Translations under genes and position numbers: made by a program
The notes under the pieces: model-generated
Seen by the model: the letters and a program-made list of their open reading frames with translations, nothing else
Database searches by the model: none
Told to the model about the DNA's origin: nothing
Part shown: piece by piece, positions 19,221 to 28,499 of the stretch
Position numbering within the stretch: the stretch's first letter is position 1
Layout: every line of letters starts with the position of its first letter
From: Spirochaetia bacterium
Lineage (GTDB): Bacteria; Spirochaetota; Spirochaetia; DSM-2461
Reading direction: 5' to 3'
Length of the DNA: 64,000 nt
Assembly: GCA_963666985.2 (NCBI GenBank)
Contig: CAXXIA010000002.1
Location: 2,112,001-2,176,000 of the forward strand

Positions 19221-20470
19221 ACCGAGACTCCCACAGCGACAAAGCGCTCATAGTAGGCAGGATTTCTGATATCGACGATGGTCTGCTCATCTTGTTGCTT
19301 CCGGACTGGTTTTTTCGCCGACTTCTTACGCTGCTTCTCCCACAGGGTAAAGAGTGCTTCCCGATCTTCATTGCGGATATCCTTCTGCCGGGAGCCAGCT
19401 GGAAGGAGATTGAATAGCCGTATGGAAACCTTCCCATTGAGGATTTCCCCCTGCATGGAAAGCGCATCGATTTTCAGCGTCAGCTTCTTACCAACCAATA
19501 CAGGCGGCACGCTGTACTTGTTAGTCTTGTAGGTGACTGAGCCTTCTCGACTGACAATGAGCTGAATGCTGTCACGGTAGTCAAAAGCTCCCTCTGGCGG
19601 TGCCGGTTGCAGGAAGGATTTCTCCACCTCATATCGCTGGGCACGACTTTCCTGGTAGTCCCGGAGCTCTTTCTGCTGAACTTCAGTCAGCCAGGGCAGA
19701 ATGGCGTCATTGAGTTCTTCGATCGTCTTCAGGCCACTACGCCGTGCCTGAGAAAGGAAGTTACCCGAAAGGTAGTCGATGAACCTCTCTACTTTTCCTT
19801 TGGTCTGGGGACGCCTGACGGCGCATCGTCTTGGAGAGAAACCGTAGGAGGAAGCGAACTCCAGTAACCGGGAGTTGGTCTTCCACTCTTCTCCGTCGTG
19901 GACCCATGCTGTTTTCATGTTGTCGTACAATACAGTCTGAGGAACACCGCCAAAATACTCAAAGGCTTTCTGGTGGCAGGCCAGCAGTGTGCCGCTGGTC
20001 ATATCGGTGGTGAATCTCACATAGGGAGTCCGGCTGTAGCCGAGGACCATGACGAAGGCGTAGACGCCTCGCCAGTGTTCCTTCGGCAATATCTTCCAGT
20101 CCATCTGTGCCTGGTAGCCGGCCTGGGTTTCGAAGCGGCGAACTACTTCTCTCTGAATCTCATCTCGGGTCTCTTTGGCGAAATCACGGAGGATGGTGAT
20201 TCCTCCGGTGTAACCCATGGCGCAAAGATTCTTATAAAGCACCTCGCAATTGAAGAGCGGTTCCTCCTCAAGTACACTGCGAATATGGGATTTGAAGTGG
20301 TCGAGCTTGCTCTTCCGTTTCTTCCTGGGGCTCATTTTGGGACTGTGTCCGCTGAGGTAATTTCGAACCGTTCGGTCGGTAACGCCGAGTATTTCGGCGA
20401 TTCGGTACTGCTTGTACCCTTCCTTGGCCAGCACTTGAGCCTGGTGCATGCGTTTCTCCTGGAGCTTCAC
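19217..20470 (-). CDS. istA: IS21 transposase IstA
   Basis: N-terminal HTH, RFET..G.QAQMDW, GYSR, YDNMKT, KGKVER (DDE). Confidence 0.95.
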   Translation of the reverse strand: MKLQEKRMHQAQVLAKEGYKQYRIAEILGVTDRTVRNYLSGHSPKMSPRKKRKSKLDHFKSHIRSVLEEEPLFNCEVLYKNLCAMGYTGGITILRDFAKETRDEIQREVVRRFETQAGYQAQMDWKILPKEHWRGVYAFVMVLGYSRTPYVRFTTDMTSGTLLACHQKAFEYFGGVPQTVLYDNMKTAWVHDGEEWKTNSRLLEFASSYGFSPRRCAVRRPQTKGKVERFIDYLSGNFLSQARRSGLKTIEELNDAILPWLTEVQQKELRDYQESRAQRYEVEKSFLQPAPPEGAFDYRDSIQLIVSREGSVTYKTNKYSVPPVLVGKKLTLKIDALSMQGEILNGKVSIRLFNLLPAGSRQKDIRNEDREALFTLWEKQRKKSAKKPVRKQQDEQTIVDIRNPAYYERFVAVGVSV

Positions 20471-20739
20471 GGGCAGTGTCCTTTTCGATGGGTGTATGGT
20501 TACTCCATCTTAGGGATACTCGCCCGTTTTTATTGGCTCAAAACCGGAAATCTTATTCCGGTGTTTTCAGGAAATTTATCACCGGTGCTGACAGCACAAG
20601 AAGGAGCGCATGTCAATCGGTTTGCCGAATATGAAAATCTATATAATCTTGAGCATTTATGCGCAATGTTTATAAAGATCTATTCTGGAGTTTTTTTATT
20701 AGGATCAGTTACTTAAAGTATTTATAGAAAAGGTTGGCC

Positions 20740-21636
20740 ATGCCTGAAGATATTTTTCCGATACGCGATAATGTTTTTCATATTTATGAATCTTTAGGTG
20801 TTTATTGCACCCTGGTTGTCGGAACCGAAAAGGCTTTGCTTATTGATACGGGTTTTGGATTCGGTGACCTTTCGTCCAAAGTAAGAAAGATCACATCATT
20901 GCCAATTATTGTTGCTAATACGCATGGACATACCGATCATATACAGGGAAACAAGAATTTTGATGAAGTCTATATACACCCCAACGATATTGTTTTATCA
21001 AAGCTGCATTCCTCATTTCCTGTAAAGCTTTCAATTTATTTAAATAATAAAAGGAACCTTACTCCTTCCGAGAAAAAAAACACTTTTTTCTATTTTAAGC
21101 CAAAAAAACAAAAAGTATTCCCTATTGAAGAAGGTTCAATAATTGATCTTGGCAACAATAAGCTGGAAATTATTCATACTCCGGGCCATACAAAAGGATC
21201 GATCTGCATACTCGATAAAGTACACAGACTTCTATATGCCGGAGATTCTTTCTCAAGTCATGTTTGGCTTTTTTTTAGAGAATCAACATCAATCGATATC
21301 TACACTGAAAGTATCGATAAGATTCTATTAAGAATGAATGAATTTGATGCGATTTTGCCATCACACTTCCAAGTTACATTAAAAAACACATTTTTAAACA
21401 CAATAAGGCATTGCGCAAAAAATATTTCCAAGGAAAAAAGTACCGTATTTGATACGAAATTAGCAGGCAAAGCGCTTCTTTATATGGAAGGGTTCGAACA
21501 TATTGCGGGAAAATATGGATATCAAACGTTTGAAGATTTTTCTCTTCATTTAAAAGAGATCCCCCCCGAAGAAATCGCAGAGATAGATTTTGCATCAATA
21601 GTTTATTCAAAGAAAAAATTGAGAGCCTCAAGGTAG
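20740..21636 (+). CDS. Metallo-beta-lactamase fold hydrolase
   Basis: THGHTDH, TPGHTKGS, AGD, PSH motifs. Confidence 0.9.
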   Translation: MPEDIFPIRDNVFHIYESLGVYCTLVVGTEKALLIDTGFGFGDLSSKVRKITSLPIIVANTHGHTDHIQGNKNFDEVYIHPNDIVLSKLHSSFPVKLSIYLNNKRNLTPSEKKNTFFYFKPKKQKVFPIEEGSIIDLGNNKLEIIHTPGHTKGSICILDKVHRLLYAGDSFSSHVWLFFRESTSIDIYTESIDKILLRMNEFDAILPSHFQVTLKNTFLNTIRHCAKNISKEKSTVFDTKLAGKALLYMEGFEHIAGKYGYQTFEDFSLHLKEIPPEEIAEIDFASIVYSKKKLRASR

Positions 21637-21688
21637 TGTTTTACAACTTTCATAAAATCGGCCATTCGTATACAGTTCTTCTATCGGA

Positions 21689-22606
21689 ATGAACAAACAT
21701 GTAACGAGCATTCTTCAGGCCCTTCTTGTTACTTTTCTCTGGTCAACGTCATTTATAATAATCAAAAAAGGCCTTTTAACGATTCCTCCGATTACTTTCG
21801 CAGGCCTTCGATATTTCCTTGCCTCTTTGTGCCTTCTCCCGTTTGTTTTCCGGCCGTCCTATCGGTCGGAAATTCACAAGCTGAACAAAAGCCAATGGGT
21901 TAGGTTGATTCTTCTCGGTTTGGTTTTTTATGTTCTTACCCAAGGTGCTCAGTTTTTAGGTCTTTCGCTTTTACCTTCGGCAACAGTCAGCTTAATGCTC
22001 AATTTTACTCCTCTCGTTGTTGTTGCTCTCGGCACGGCTTTTCTCAATGAGAAACCGACTAAACGTCAGATTGCCGGTATTGTTCTCTTCATTGCGGGCG
22101 CTCTCGTCTATTTTCTTCCACTGACCGACATTGGATCACAAGTTATCGGACTCGCCGTGATGATTCTCGGGGTTCTCTCAAATGCAGCATCATCAGTCTT
22201 AGGCCGGAAGGTAAATCGGAAGAAGAATCTCAGCCCTTTTACCGTTACGTTAATTTCTATGTCTGTCGGTTCCGTTGTTCTTCTTTCGTTGGGTTTGGCT
22301 GTTGAAGGTATTCCGAAAATCCCACTTATATCGTGGCTGTCGCTCCTCTGGTTGTCCGCGGTGAACACGGCCTTTGCATTTACTCTTTGGAACAGAACAC
22401 TTCGTTATCTTACGGCAATGGAATCAAGCATTATAAACGGAACAATGCTCATTCAGATTGCCATATTGGCTTGGATTTTCCTGGGAGAGAGTTTATCAAT
22501 GTCGAATATCGGGGGAATGATTGTAGCCTCGATTGGAGCGATACTTGTTCAGCTCAGGCCTCGTGTGAAAGATGAGTTGCATGATACTGCCAAAAACAGC
22601 GGTTAA
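21689..22606 (+). CDS. DMT/EamA family transporter
   Basis: About 10 TMs in two EamA-like repeats (LWSTSF..., FLNEK, FLGE). Confidence 0.9.
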   Translation: MNKHVTSILQALLVTFLWSTSFIIIKKGLLTIPPITFAGLRYFLASLCLLPFVFRPSYRSEIHKLNKSQWVRLILLGLVFYVLTQGAQFLGLSLLPSATVSLMLNFTPLVVVALGTAFLNEKPTKRQIAGIVLFIAGALVYFLPLTDIGSQVIGLAVMILGVLSNAASSVLGRKVNRKKNLSPFTVTLISMSVGSVVLLSLGLAVEGIPKIPLISWLSLLWLSAVNTAFAFTLWNRTLRYLTAMESSIINGTMLIQIAILAWIFLGESLSMSNIGGMIVASIGAILVQLRPRVKDELHDTAKNSG

Positions 22607-22668
22607 TATACACCGGCCGCGAAGTTTCGCGTAATAACGGAATGTATCCCAGATACAAGGATCATTAC

Positions 22669-23433
22669 ATGGAACAAGAACTTTTAGAGGGAAATGTTAA
22701 TCCTCCAATATTAAAGAATAATAAAATATATAAGAAGGCACATAAAGCTTCCTGGACAATAGATCTCCTTCTCAAACATGTTCGCAAAAAGGGAATGAAC
22801 TGGATACCTGAGTCGTACGGAATTGATAATGGTTTTCACGTTATAGAATATCTTAAAGGAAAGACAATTCATAATAATCCGCGATGGATATGGGAAATAG
22901 AGGTATTAATTCAAATTGCTACAATGCTGCGCCAATGGCATGATGCAACTCAAGATTTTGAATGTAAAAAAAGCGATTGGTTATTAGCGAATTTCGAGAA
23001 AAAAGAAGTAATTTGCCACAATGATTTTGCACCGTACAATATTTTGTTTATTAACAAGAAACCCACAGGATTAATTGATTTTGATACGTGTTCACCAGGA
23101 TCAAGATTATGGGATATTTCATATGCGGCTTATCGCTTTATTCCCATTTTCCCTATGAAAGGTGAAACGGAGTTTAATGAATATTCATTATTTACAAGAA
23201 AAGAAGTTCTTCAGAGACTTAAACTGTTCCTTAAGGTCTATGGGCATTCGGAAAAAGATAAATACTTTTCAGTAGATGAGACTTTTGCGGTATTACAGAG
23301 ACGTTTGGAAGTTCTTGCTCAATGGTCGGAAGAGTTTGGAAAGGAAAATAGAAATCCGGAACTTCTTGAACATGCAAAGATGTACTTTGAACATTCTCAG
23401 TGGATTTCCTTGGTGCTGGGATCCGTGTTCTAA
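22669..23433 (+). CDS. Aminoglycoside phosphotransferase-like kinase
   Basis: CHNDFAPYNIL and IDFD motifs. Confidence 0.85.
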   Translation: MEQELLEGNVNPPILKNNKIYKKAHKASWTIDLLLKHVRKKGMNWIPESYGIDNGFHVIEYLKGKTIHNNPRWIWEIEVLIQIATMLRQWHDATQDFECKKSDWLLANFEKKEVICHNDFAPYNILFINKKPTGLIDFDTCSPGSRLWDISYAAYRFIPIFPMKGETEFNEYSLFTRKEVLQRLKLFLKVYGHSEKDKYFSVDETFAVLQRRLEVLAQWSEEFGKENRNPELLEHAKMYFEHSQWISLVLGSVF

Positions 23434-23463
23434 TGAAAGTATGTTTAATATAAGGAAAGGTCT

Positions 23464-24252
23464 ATGGCTATGAAAAAATACACCGATGGGAATCGTGAAG
23501 CTTGGAACATAGCATCTCAATATCATTTCAAAGCAATGGGTGAGAAATGGCTTGAAGGTTTCAAAACGCCCGGATATACCTGTTTTGATGAATTTGATTA
23601 TAATTTATACAATCGTTTGCCGCTTCAAGGAAAATCCGTCTTTCAAGCTCCCTGCAATAATGGACGTGAAATCCTGTCATTTATAAATATGGGGGCATCG
23701 GAAGGTGTCGGATTCGATATATGCGATGAAAATATTGTCTTTTCTGAAAAGCTGAAACAGGTTTCCGGGATTCAAGCGGAATTTATTCTTACAGATGTCT
23801 ACACCATACCTGAAAAATATAACGAGCAATTTGATATCGGCATAATTACCGTTGGTTCAATAACGTGGATGCCGGATTTGAAAAAGTATTTTGATATTTA
23901 TCGACGCTTATTAAAGACGAAGGGAATTCTTTTTATATATGAAATGCATCCTTTGACAATCGCTTATCCCTATTCTTTCACCGGAAAGAGTGAAATCGTT
24001 TTTGAAACAAGCTATTTCACCAAAGAAGCCCTCATCTATTATGATAGTCTTGATTATTACGGACACGAAGAGTATCAAGGCCCGGCTCAGTATAATTTTC
24101 AATACACGATGTCCGATGTAATTCAAACTCTTATTGATCTGGATTTCTGTCTAGAGGAATTTAAGGAATATCCGCATGATATGGGCGGCGGCCATGCATA
24201 TTTGGAAAATAAGGTTCCATTAAGTTATCATCTTTGGGCTACTAAGAATTAG
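23464..24252 (+). CDS. Class I SAM-dependent methyltransferase
   Basis: CNNGRE, GFDI, FDI, W.PDL, EMHP pattern. Confidence 0.85.
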   Translation: MAMKKYTDGNREAWNIASQYHFKAMGEKWLEGFKTPGYTCFDEFDYNLYNRLPLQGKSVFQAPCNNGREILSFINMGASEGVGFDICDENIVFSEKLKQVSGIQAEFILTDVYTIPEKYNEQFDIGIITVGSITWMPDLKKYFDIYRRLLKTKGILFIYEMHPLTIAYPYSFTGKSEIVFETSYFTKEALIYYDSLDYYGHEEYQGPAQYNFQYTMSDVIQTLIDLDFCLEEFKEYPHDMGGGHAYLENKVPLSYHLWATKN

Positions 24253-24379
24253 TTCCGAGCGGATATTCGCCAACAGAGGAAATTCTTTTATTTAAATTTA
24301 GGCAAAGTTCCGAAAATGCTCCATAACTTTATCAGCAGGAGTACCTCAACAGCCGGTATTCCAGTTCTCTATCAATTGG

Positions 24380-24862
24380 TTATTCAAAATGGATGATAAA
24401 TTCACAGTAATCGTCATGCATGCCAATGGCTTTCTTTATCTCGGCTCGCACTCCACCATGATGGAACGGTCGAAAGACATTTTCAAACATACCTGCGGAA
24501 CAGAGACAAAATGTCGGATTCGGCTCTGCAAGACCTTCTTCAACAAGATCGCAACCGCACTGCTTAAGAATGAAGTGGGCTTGATTTCCGTCAATGGTCC
24601 AGAAGGTACTTGCATTCAAGACTTCTCGGCGTCTTTTATTAATTGCTTCAATCAGTTCATATACCGATTTGGGTTCTTTCCCGAAATGAGATATTGTCTT
24701 CTCGAGGATTTGTTCCGCACATTCTTTCCCTGCGGATTTCATTGTATATTGACAAATTTTTTCATCTCTCAACTCATTTAATGCGGTGCATACACCTTTA
24801 ATCCATGCACGATTTCGTTCAATAGCCGATTGGCTTATTTCTTTGTTTGACATAATTCTCAT
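24380..24862 (-). CDS. Cys-rich hypothetical protein (DUF6144/V4R-like)
   Basis: GKECA, CGC, FCLCS.G, C-terminal CEF.I. Confidence 0.6.
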   Translation of the reverse strand: MRIMSNKEISQSAIERNRAWIKGVCTALNELRDEKICQYTMKSAGKECAEQILEKTISHFGKEPKSVYELIEAINKRRREVLNASTFWTIDGNQAHFILKQCGCDLVEEGLAEPNPTFCLCSAGMFENVFRPFHHGGVRAEIKKAIGMHDDYCEFIIHFE

Positions 24863-25005
24863 CCGACCTTTTTTACTTATTACCAGTTACGAGAAAAAAG
24901 TAAAGCCGGAGAGTGGATAACTCAGCTATGAAGATGCATCGGGAGTTATACGTAAGTTGATACGGCGGCAGGAATCTATAGGGGTTTTGGAAAAAGAATA
25001 ATATT

Positions 25006-25025
25006 GCTCCCACGGGGGGAGCGAC
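25006..25025 (-). repeat. Orphan divergent type I-C CRISPR repeat fragment
   Basis: Minus strand GTCGCTCCCCCCGTGGGAGC has the same 5' end and stem-loop geometry as the array repeat. Confidence 0.6.
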
Positions 25026-25036
25026 TTCCTTCGGAC

Positions 25037-25309
25037 GCGAAAAGCGGTATCGAGCTGGAGTTCATTCAACCAGGGAAGCCGACTCAGAATACCTACATCG
25101 AACGGTTCAGCCGGACGGTTCGGCATGAGTGGTTGAAACTGGTTAATTTCGATTCGATCGAACAAGCATAGTTCCTTGCGACCGAATGGCTATGGACTTA
25201 CAATAACGAGCGACCAAATTCAGCAGTCGGAGGGGTGCATCCGAGAACGGTGAATCTGGTCACTTGAAAACCTCTACTTCTGACGGCATTCAAGAATAGG
25301 GGGATTACA
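25037..25309 (+). mobile_element. IS3-family remnant (3' part of transposase + right end)
   Basis: GIELEFIQPGKPTQNTYIERF...YNNERP with in-frame TAG at 25169; ends ...GGGGGATTACA abutting a truncated CRISPR repeat. Confidence 0.85.
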
Positions 25310-26325
25310 AATCCACACCCCCGTGTAGGGGGCGACCCCATAATTTCCGGCTTTAGTGTATTTCTAAATCAGTTTCAATCCACACCCCCGTGTAGGGGGC
25401 GACATATTCGGTTGCAAATTCAATAAAATCGGTCTGGTTTCAATCCACACCCCCGTGTAGGGGGCGACCAAGCTCCAGGGTAAAAAAAAGATTCAAGGAT
25501 TAGTTTCAATCCACACCCCCGTGTAGGGGGCGACATCATCACCATACCGCCGCAGCATGGGAAGTCGGTTTCAATCCACACCCCCGTGTAGGGGGCGACA
25601 CTTGTTAATGATACCGCAGCACAACAAATAGCTGTTTCAATCCACACCCCCGTGTAGGGGGCGACCGGTAAACATCGCAGCGTATCGGGCGATATACTCC
25701 GTTTCAATCCACACCCCCGTGTAGGGGGCGACCTACATGGACCCCAACAACCGAGACTTTTCCAAAGTTTCAATCCACACCCCCGTGTAGGGGGCGACAC
25801 CGGATTCATTAATAAGGTAAAGCAATACCTGGTTTCAATCCACACCCCCGTGTAGGGGGCGACGATCAGACTTAGCGATACGGTTTTTTTCATTTCGTTT
25901 CAATCCACACCCCCGTGTAGGGGGCGACTACGCGGAATTTGGTCCGGTTCAAGCCGGGTTTGTTTCAATCCACACCCCCGTGTAGGGGGCGACTTGCCGC
26001 CGCCGCGGCCCTTGCTGTTGTGGACGGGTTTCAATCCACACCCCCGTGTAGGGGGCGACGAATTGGCTTAATCTCTCCGTTCCGGTCCCGTAATGTTTCA
26101 ATCCACACCCCCGTGTAGGGGGCGACCCCGCCAATCGTGTACTATTAATTCAGTCACAACGTTTCAATCCACACCCCCGTGTAGGGGGCGACCCCCATTC
26201 TTTGGCCATGATTTTGGTTAAGTGCACCGTTTCAATCCACACCCCCGTGTAGGGGGCGACAAATCCGTTCGTCGAACGAGCTTCGAGCATGGTGTTTCAA
26301 TCCACACCCCCGTGTAGGGGGCGAC
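25310..26325 (-). CRISPR. Type I-C CRISPR array: 16 repeats (trailer-most truncated), 15 spacers of 33-36 bp
   Basis: 32-bp repeat GTCGCCCCCTACACGGGGGTGTGGATTGAAAC (minus strand); full copies start (+ coordinates) at 25372, 25437, 25503, 25568, 25634, 25701, 25767, 25832, 25897, 25962, 26028, 26095, 26161, 26229, 26294. Confidence 0.99.
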
Positions 26326-26515
26326 TGTATACAATTTTAATACTTGCTATACTGATATTTAAAGATGTTTTTTTGCGAACCCTTTAAAATAAATATGCAT
26401 CAATCTATATAAGAAGTGGTATTCATTTTTTATTTTGTTACAATGTCTAGTTTTATTTACTATCGCGAAAGTCCTAAGATCGCAGCCGTTACTTCAGGTT
26501 CGCGCAAGATGAAAA
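26326..26515 (-). promoter_or_regulatory. CRISPR leader
   Basis: AT-rich non-coding segment between the cas2 stop and the first repeat, with GCGAA/TTCGC motifs. Confidence 0.85.
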
Positions 26516-26806
26516 TTACACAATAAGAGTGCCTTCGGGATCATAACTTGGCTTCGCGCCAATATGTTCAACTTTTCGTTTCCAATTACTTCCGAGGTAG
26601 TAATACCGGAGACTGTCTTCTTTCGGATTAATGATTTTTTCCAGCCTTGATCGAAATTTAACCCACTGTGCTGGGTCTACAAGGCATTCAAAAACAGAGT
26701 TTTGTACTCGCTGTCCGTAATTCTCACATTCCTTGGCGACTTTTCGGAGTCTTTTTTGTCCTAAGGATGTTTCAACGCAAACGTCATATGTCACAAGAAC
26801 CATCAT
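26516..26806 (-). CDS. cas2: CRISPR-associated Cas2
   Basis: MMVLVTYDV...YGQRVQNSVFEC...DSLRYY. Confidence 0.97.
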   Translation of the reverse strand: MMVLVTYDVCVETSLGQKRLRKVAKECENYGQRVQNSVFECLVDPAQWVKFRSRLEKIINPKEDSLRYYYLGSNWKRKVEHIGAKPSYDPEGTLIV

Positions 26807-26811
26807 ATAAG

Positions 26812-27843
26812 TTATCTCCAGAAAAACGGCGGATAAGCGTCCAGATCGTCGCGAATCCAACGGGCCATTAAGCGGGCTTGAAGAAACGGCAATAAACCGA
26901 ATGTGGTTTTTTCTCCAAGAAACGGATGAAGTATTTCTTCGTCTTTTCGTTTTTGATATGTGAGAATCACTTGCTTTCGTGTTTTTTCGTTCATTGTAAT
27001 ACCGCCAGTTTCTTCACGAAGGAAGCCTTTGGCAGAAATCTGTTTTCTGTTGATGAGTGTAAGGGCTATACGGTCGGCAAGGATGGGGCGCAGTTCTTCC
27101 ATAAGATCCAATGCTAATGATGACCTGCCGGGGCGGTCGGCGTGAAGAAATCCCATCTGGGGGTCAAGTCCGACACTTTCACATGCCGATCGGCAGTCAT
27201 TGGCCAGCAGTGTGTAAAGAAAAGATAAAAGCGCATTGACGTTATCTTTCGGAGGTCTTCGATTTCGGCCGGAGAATGGAAAATCCTCTTTGTTGGCGAT
27301 AATCAGTTCCGGAAATATGCTGAAATATGTGTTTGCCGCATCTCCCTCAATACCGCGTATAGTTTCAATATCTTCAGCCCTTTGGAGATTTTGTAAATTC
27401 GTTTTTAGATGACTTTCGACCTTTTCCAGAGGTTGAATATTTGAATCCGAACTATGGTCTCTTCGAAAGCGCTGAATAACGCGGAGACAATTGCTGATTT
27501 TAGCCGTTATGAACCAGCAGGCGGCATCTTTGATATTTTTTTCTGAACGGGTTTTCTCATGTTGACATCTACGGAGGAGTACATTCCCAGATTGCGGGCC
27601 TACCACCCCGGCGAGAAACCGTCCGCTTTCAGCATGAAACGACAATGTCACGTTATTTTCACCACAATGTCCTAAGAGAAACGGACTGAAGCCGACATTG
27701 CCAAAACATACAATGGAATCGAGTGTATGGATGGGAATTGAAAAGACTTTTTCTTTATTCACCCGGACAACGACATTGGTTCGTTCTTTTGCCAGATAAG
27801 AGCCCTGGGTGGTAATAAATAATGTATTTCCGTGGCGTTTCAG
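26812..27843 (-). CDS. cas1: Type I-C Cas1
   Basis: NTLFITTQG, RGIEG, RRPPKDNVNALLSF, GFLH, SLALDLMEE, YPPFFWR; start uncertain (CTG 27843 versus ATG 27936). Confidence 0.97.
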   Translation of the reverse strand: MKRHGNTLFITTQGSYLAKERTNVVVRVNKEKVFSIPIHTLDSIVCFGNVGFSPFLLGHCGENNVTLSFHAESGRFLAGVVGPQSGNVLLRRCQHEKTRSEKNIKDAACWFITAKISNCLRVIQRFRRDHSSDSNIQPLEKVESHLKTNLQNLQRAEDIETIRGIEGDAANTYFSIFPELIIANKEDFPFSGRNRRPPKDNVNALLSFLYTLLANDCRSACESVGLDPQMGFLHADRPGRSSLALDLMEELRPILADRIALTLINRKQISAKGFLREETGGITMNEKTRKQVILTYQKRKDEEILHPFLGEKTTFGLLPFLQARLMARWIRDDLDAYPPFFWR

Positions 27844-28493
27844 AGTTCCTCTTCCTCCAGCATTTTTGAGATATACCGCAAAGCTGATTTTGGACTTTGC
27901 GGTTGGCAGATATCCTGCATTGAACAGGAACGGCACTGTTTTTGTTTTTTTGCCGGTGGCAGCTTCCCTTCTGAAATCAGATTTCGGAAATCCTGTATCC
28001 TGTTTTCTGTCTCTGCTCGTAACGCTTCGCTAAAGGTTACCGGCTCCCTATGGCGGGTTTTCCCGTAGAACAGAAACCCTTCGGAAATATCAATGTTCCA
28101 GGATTCTTCCAGACAGAAGGTTTGGGCGCAAAGCTGGATTTTATCTTCATTTCCGCTTTTAGGTTTCCCTCGTTTGTATTCAATAGGAATCGGCATCCAT
28201 AATCCTTTTCTGCCTGAGAGCGGTATTCCTTTTTCGGATGGTGTCAGTTCAACGACGTCGGCAAAACCGGTTAGGCCATAAAAGTAAGAAGTCAGTCTTA
28301 ACGACCTGAAAATTACGCGTTCCTTGCTTTTTTCATCAGGGCCTTCATGGACTTTTTCATGAAACAGACGACCTTCCGCCGACAAGGCATTTTCCGCCCA
28401 GGTTTTATCAAGATGGATCAAGGCGCATTGCCGGGGACAAAAGGCAAGATGCTGGAGACCCGATATAGGCAGAAGTTCGTCTTCAGAGAACAT
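27840..28493 (-). CDS. cas4: Cas4
   Basis: QHLAFCPRQ, G.ADVVE, EYKRG, QLCAQ, C..CS...C. Confidence 0.97.
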   Translation of the reverse strand: MFSEDELLPISGLQHLAFCPRQCALIHLDKTWAENALSAEGRLFHEKVHEGPDEKSKERVIFRSLRLTSYFYGLTGFADVVELTPSEKGIPLSGRKGLWMPIPIEYKRGKPKSGNEDKIQLCAQTFCLEESWNIDISEGFLFYGKTRHREPVTFSEALRAETENRIQDFRNLISEGKLPPAKKQKQCRSCSMQDICQPQSPKSALRYISKMLEEEEL

Positions 28494-28499
28494 CGAATT

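Larger units (their letters stand above)
18397..20593 (-). mobile_element. IS21-family insertion sequence (2197 bp)
   Basis: Imperfect terminal IRs TGTCAACACCGACG... / TGTCAGCACCGGTG... (reverse complement); direct repeat GCACA at 18392-18396 and 20594-20598; istA and istB inside. Confidence 0.95.

Noticed and set aside
19898..20716. 272-aa + strand ORF across the IS21 end
   Set aside because: Antisense to istA and crosses the IS boundary.
22669..23433. Calling the APH-like and MBL-fold genes antibiotic-resistance genes
   Set aside because: Fold motifs only; no substrate evidence.
25420..26134. ORFs with repeated SPPTRGCGLK / VAPYTGVWIET
   Set aside because: Translations of CRISPR repeats.
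25310..26325. Spacers self-targeting this window or duplicated spacers
   Set aside because: None seen by eye; an alignment is needed to exclude it.
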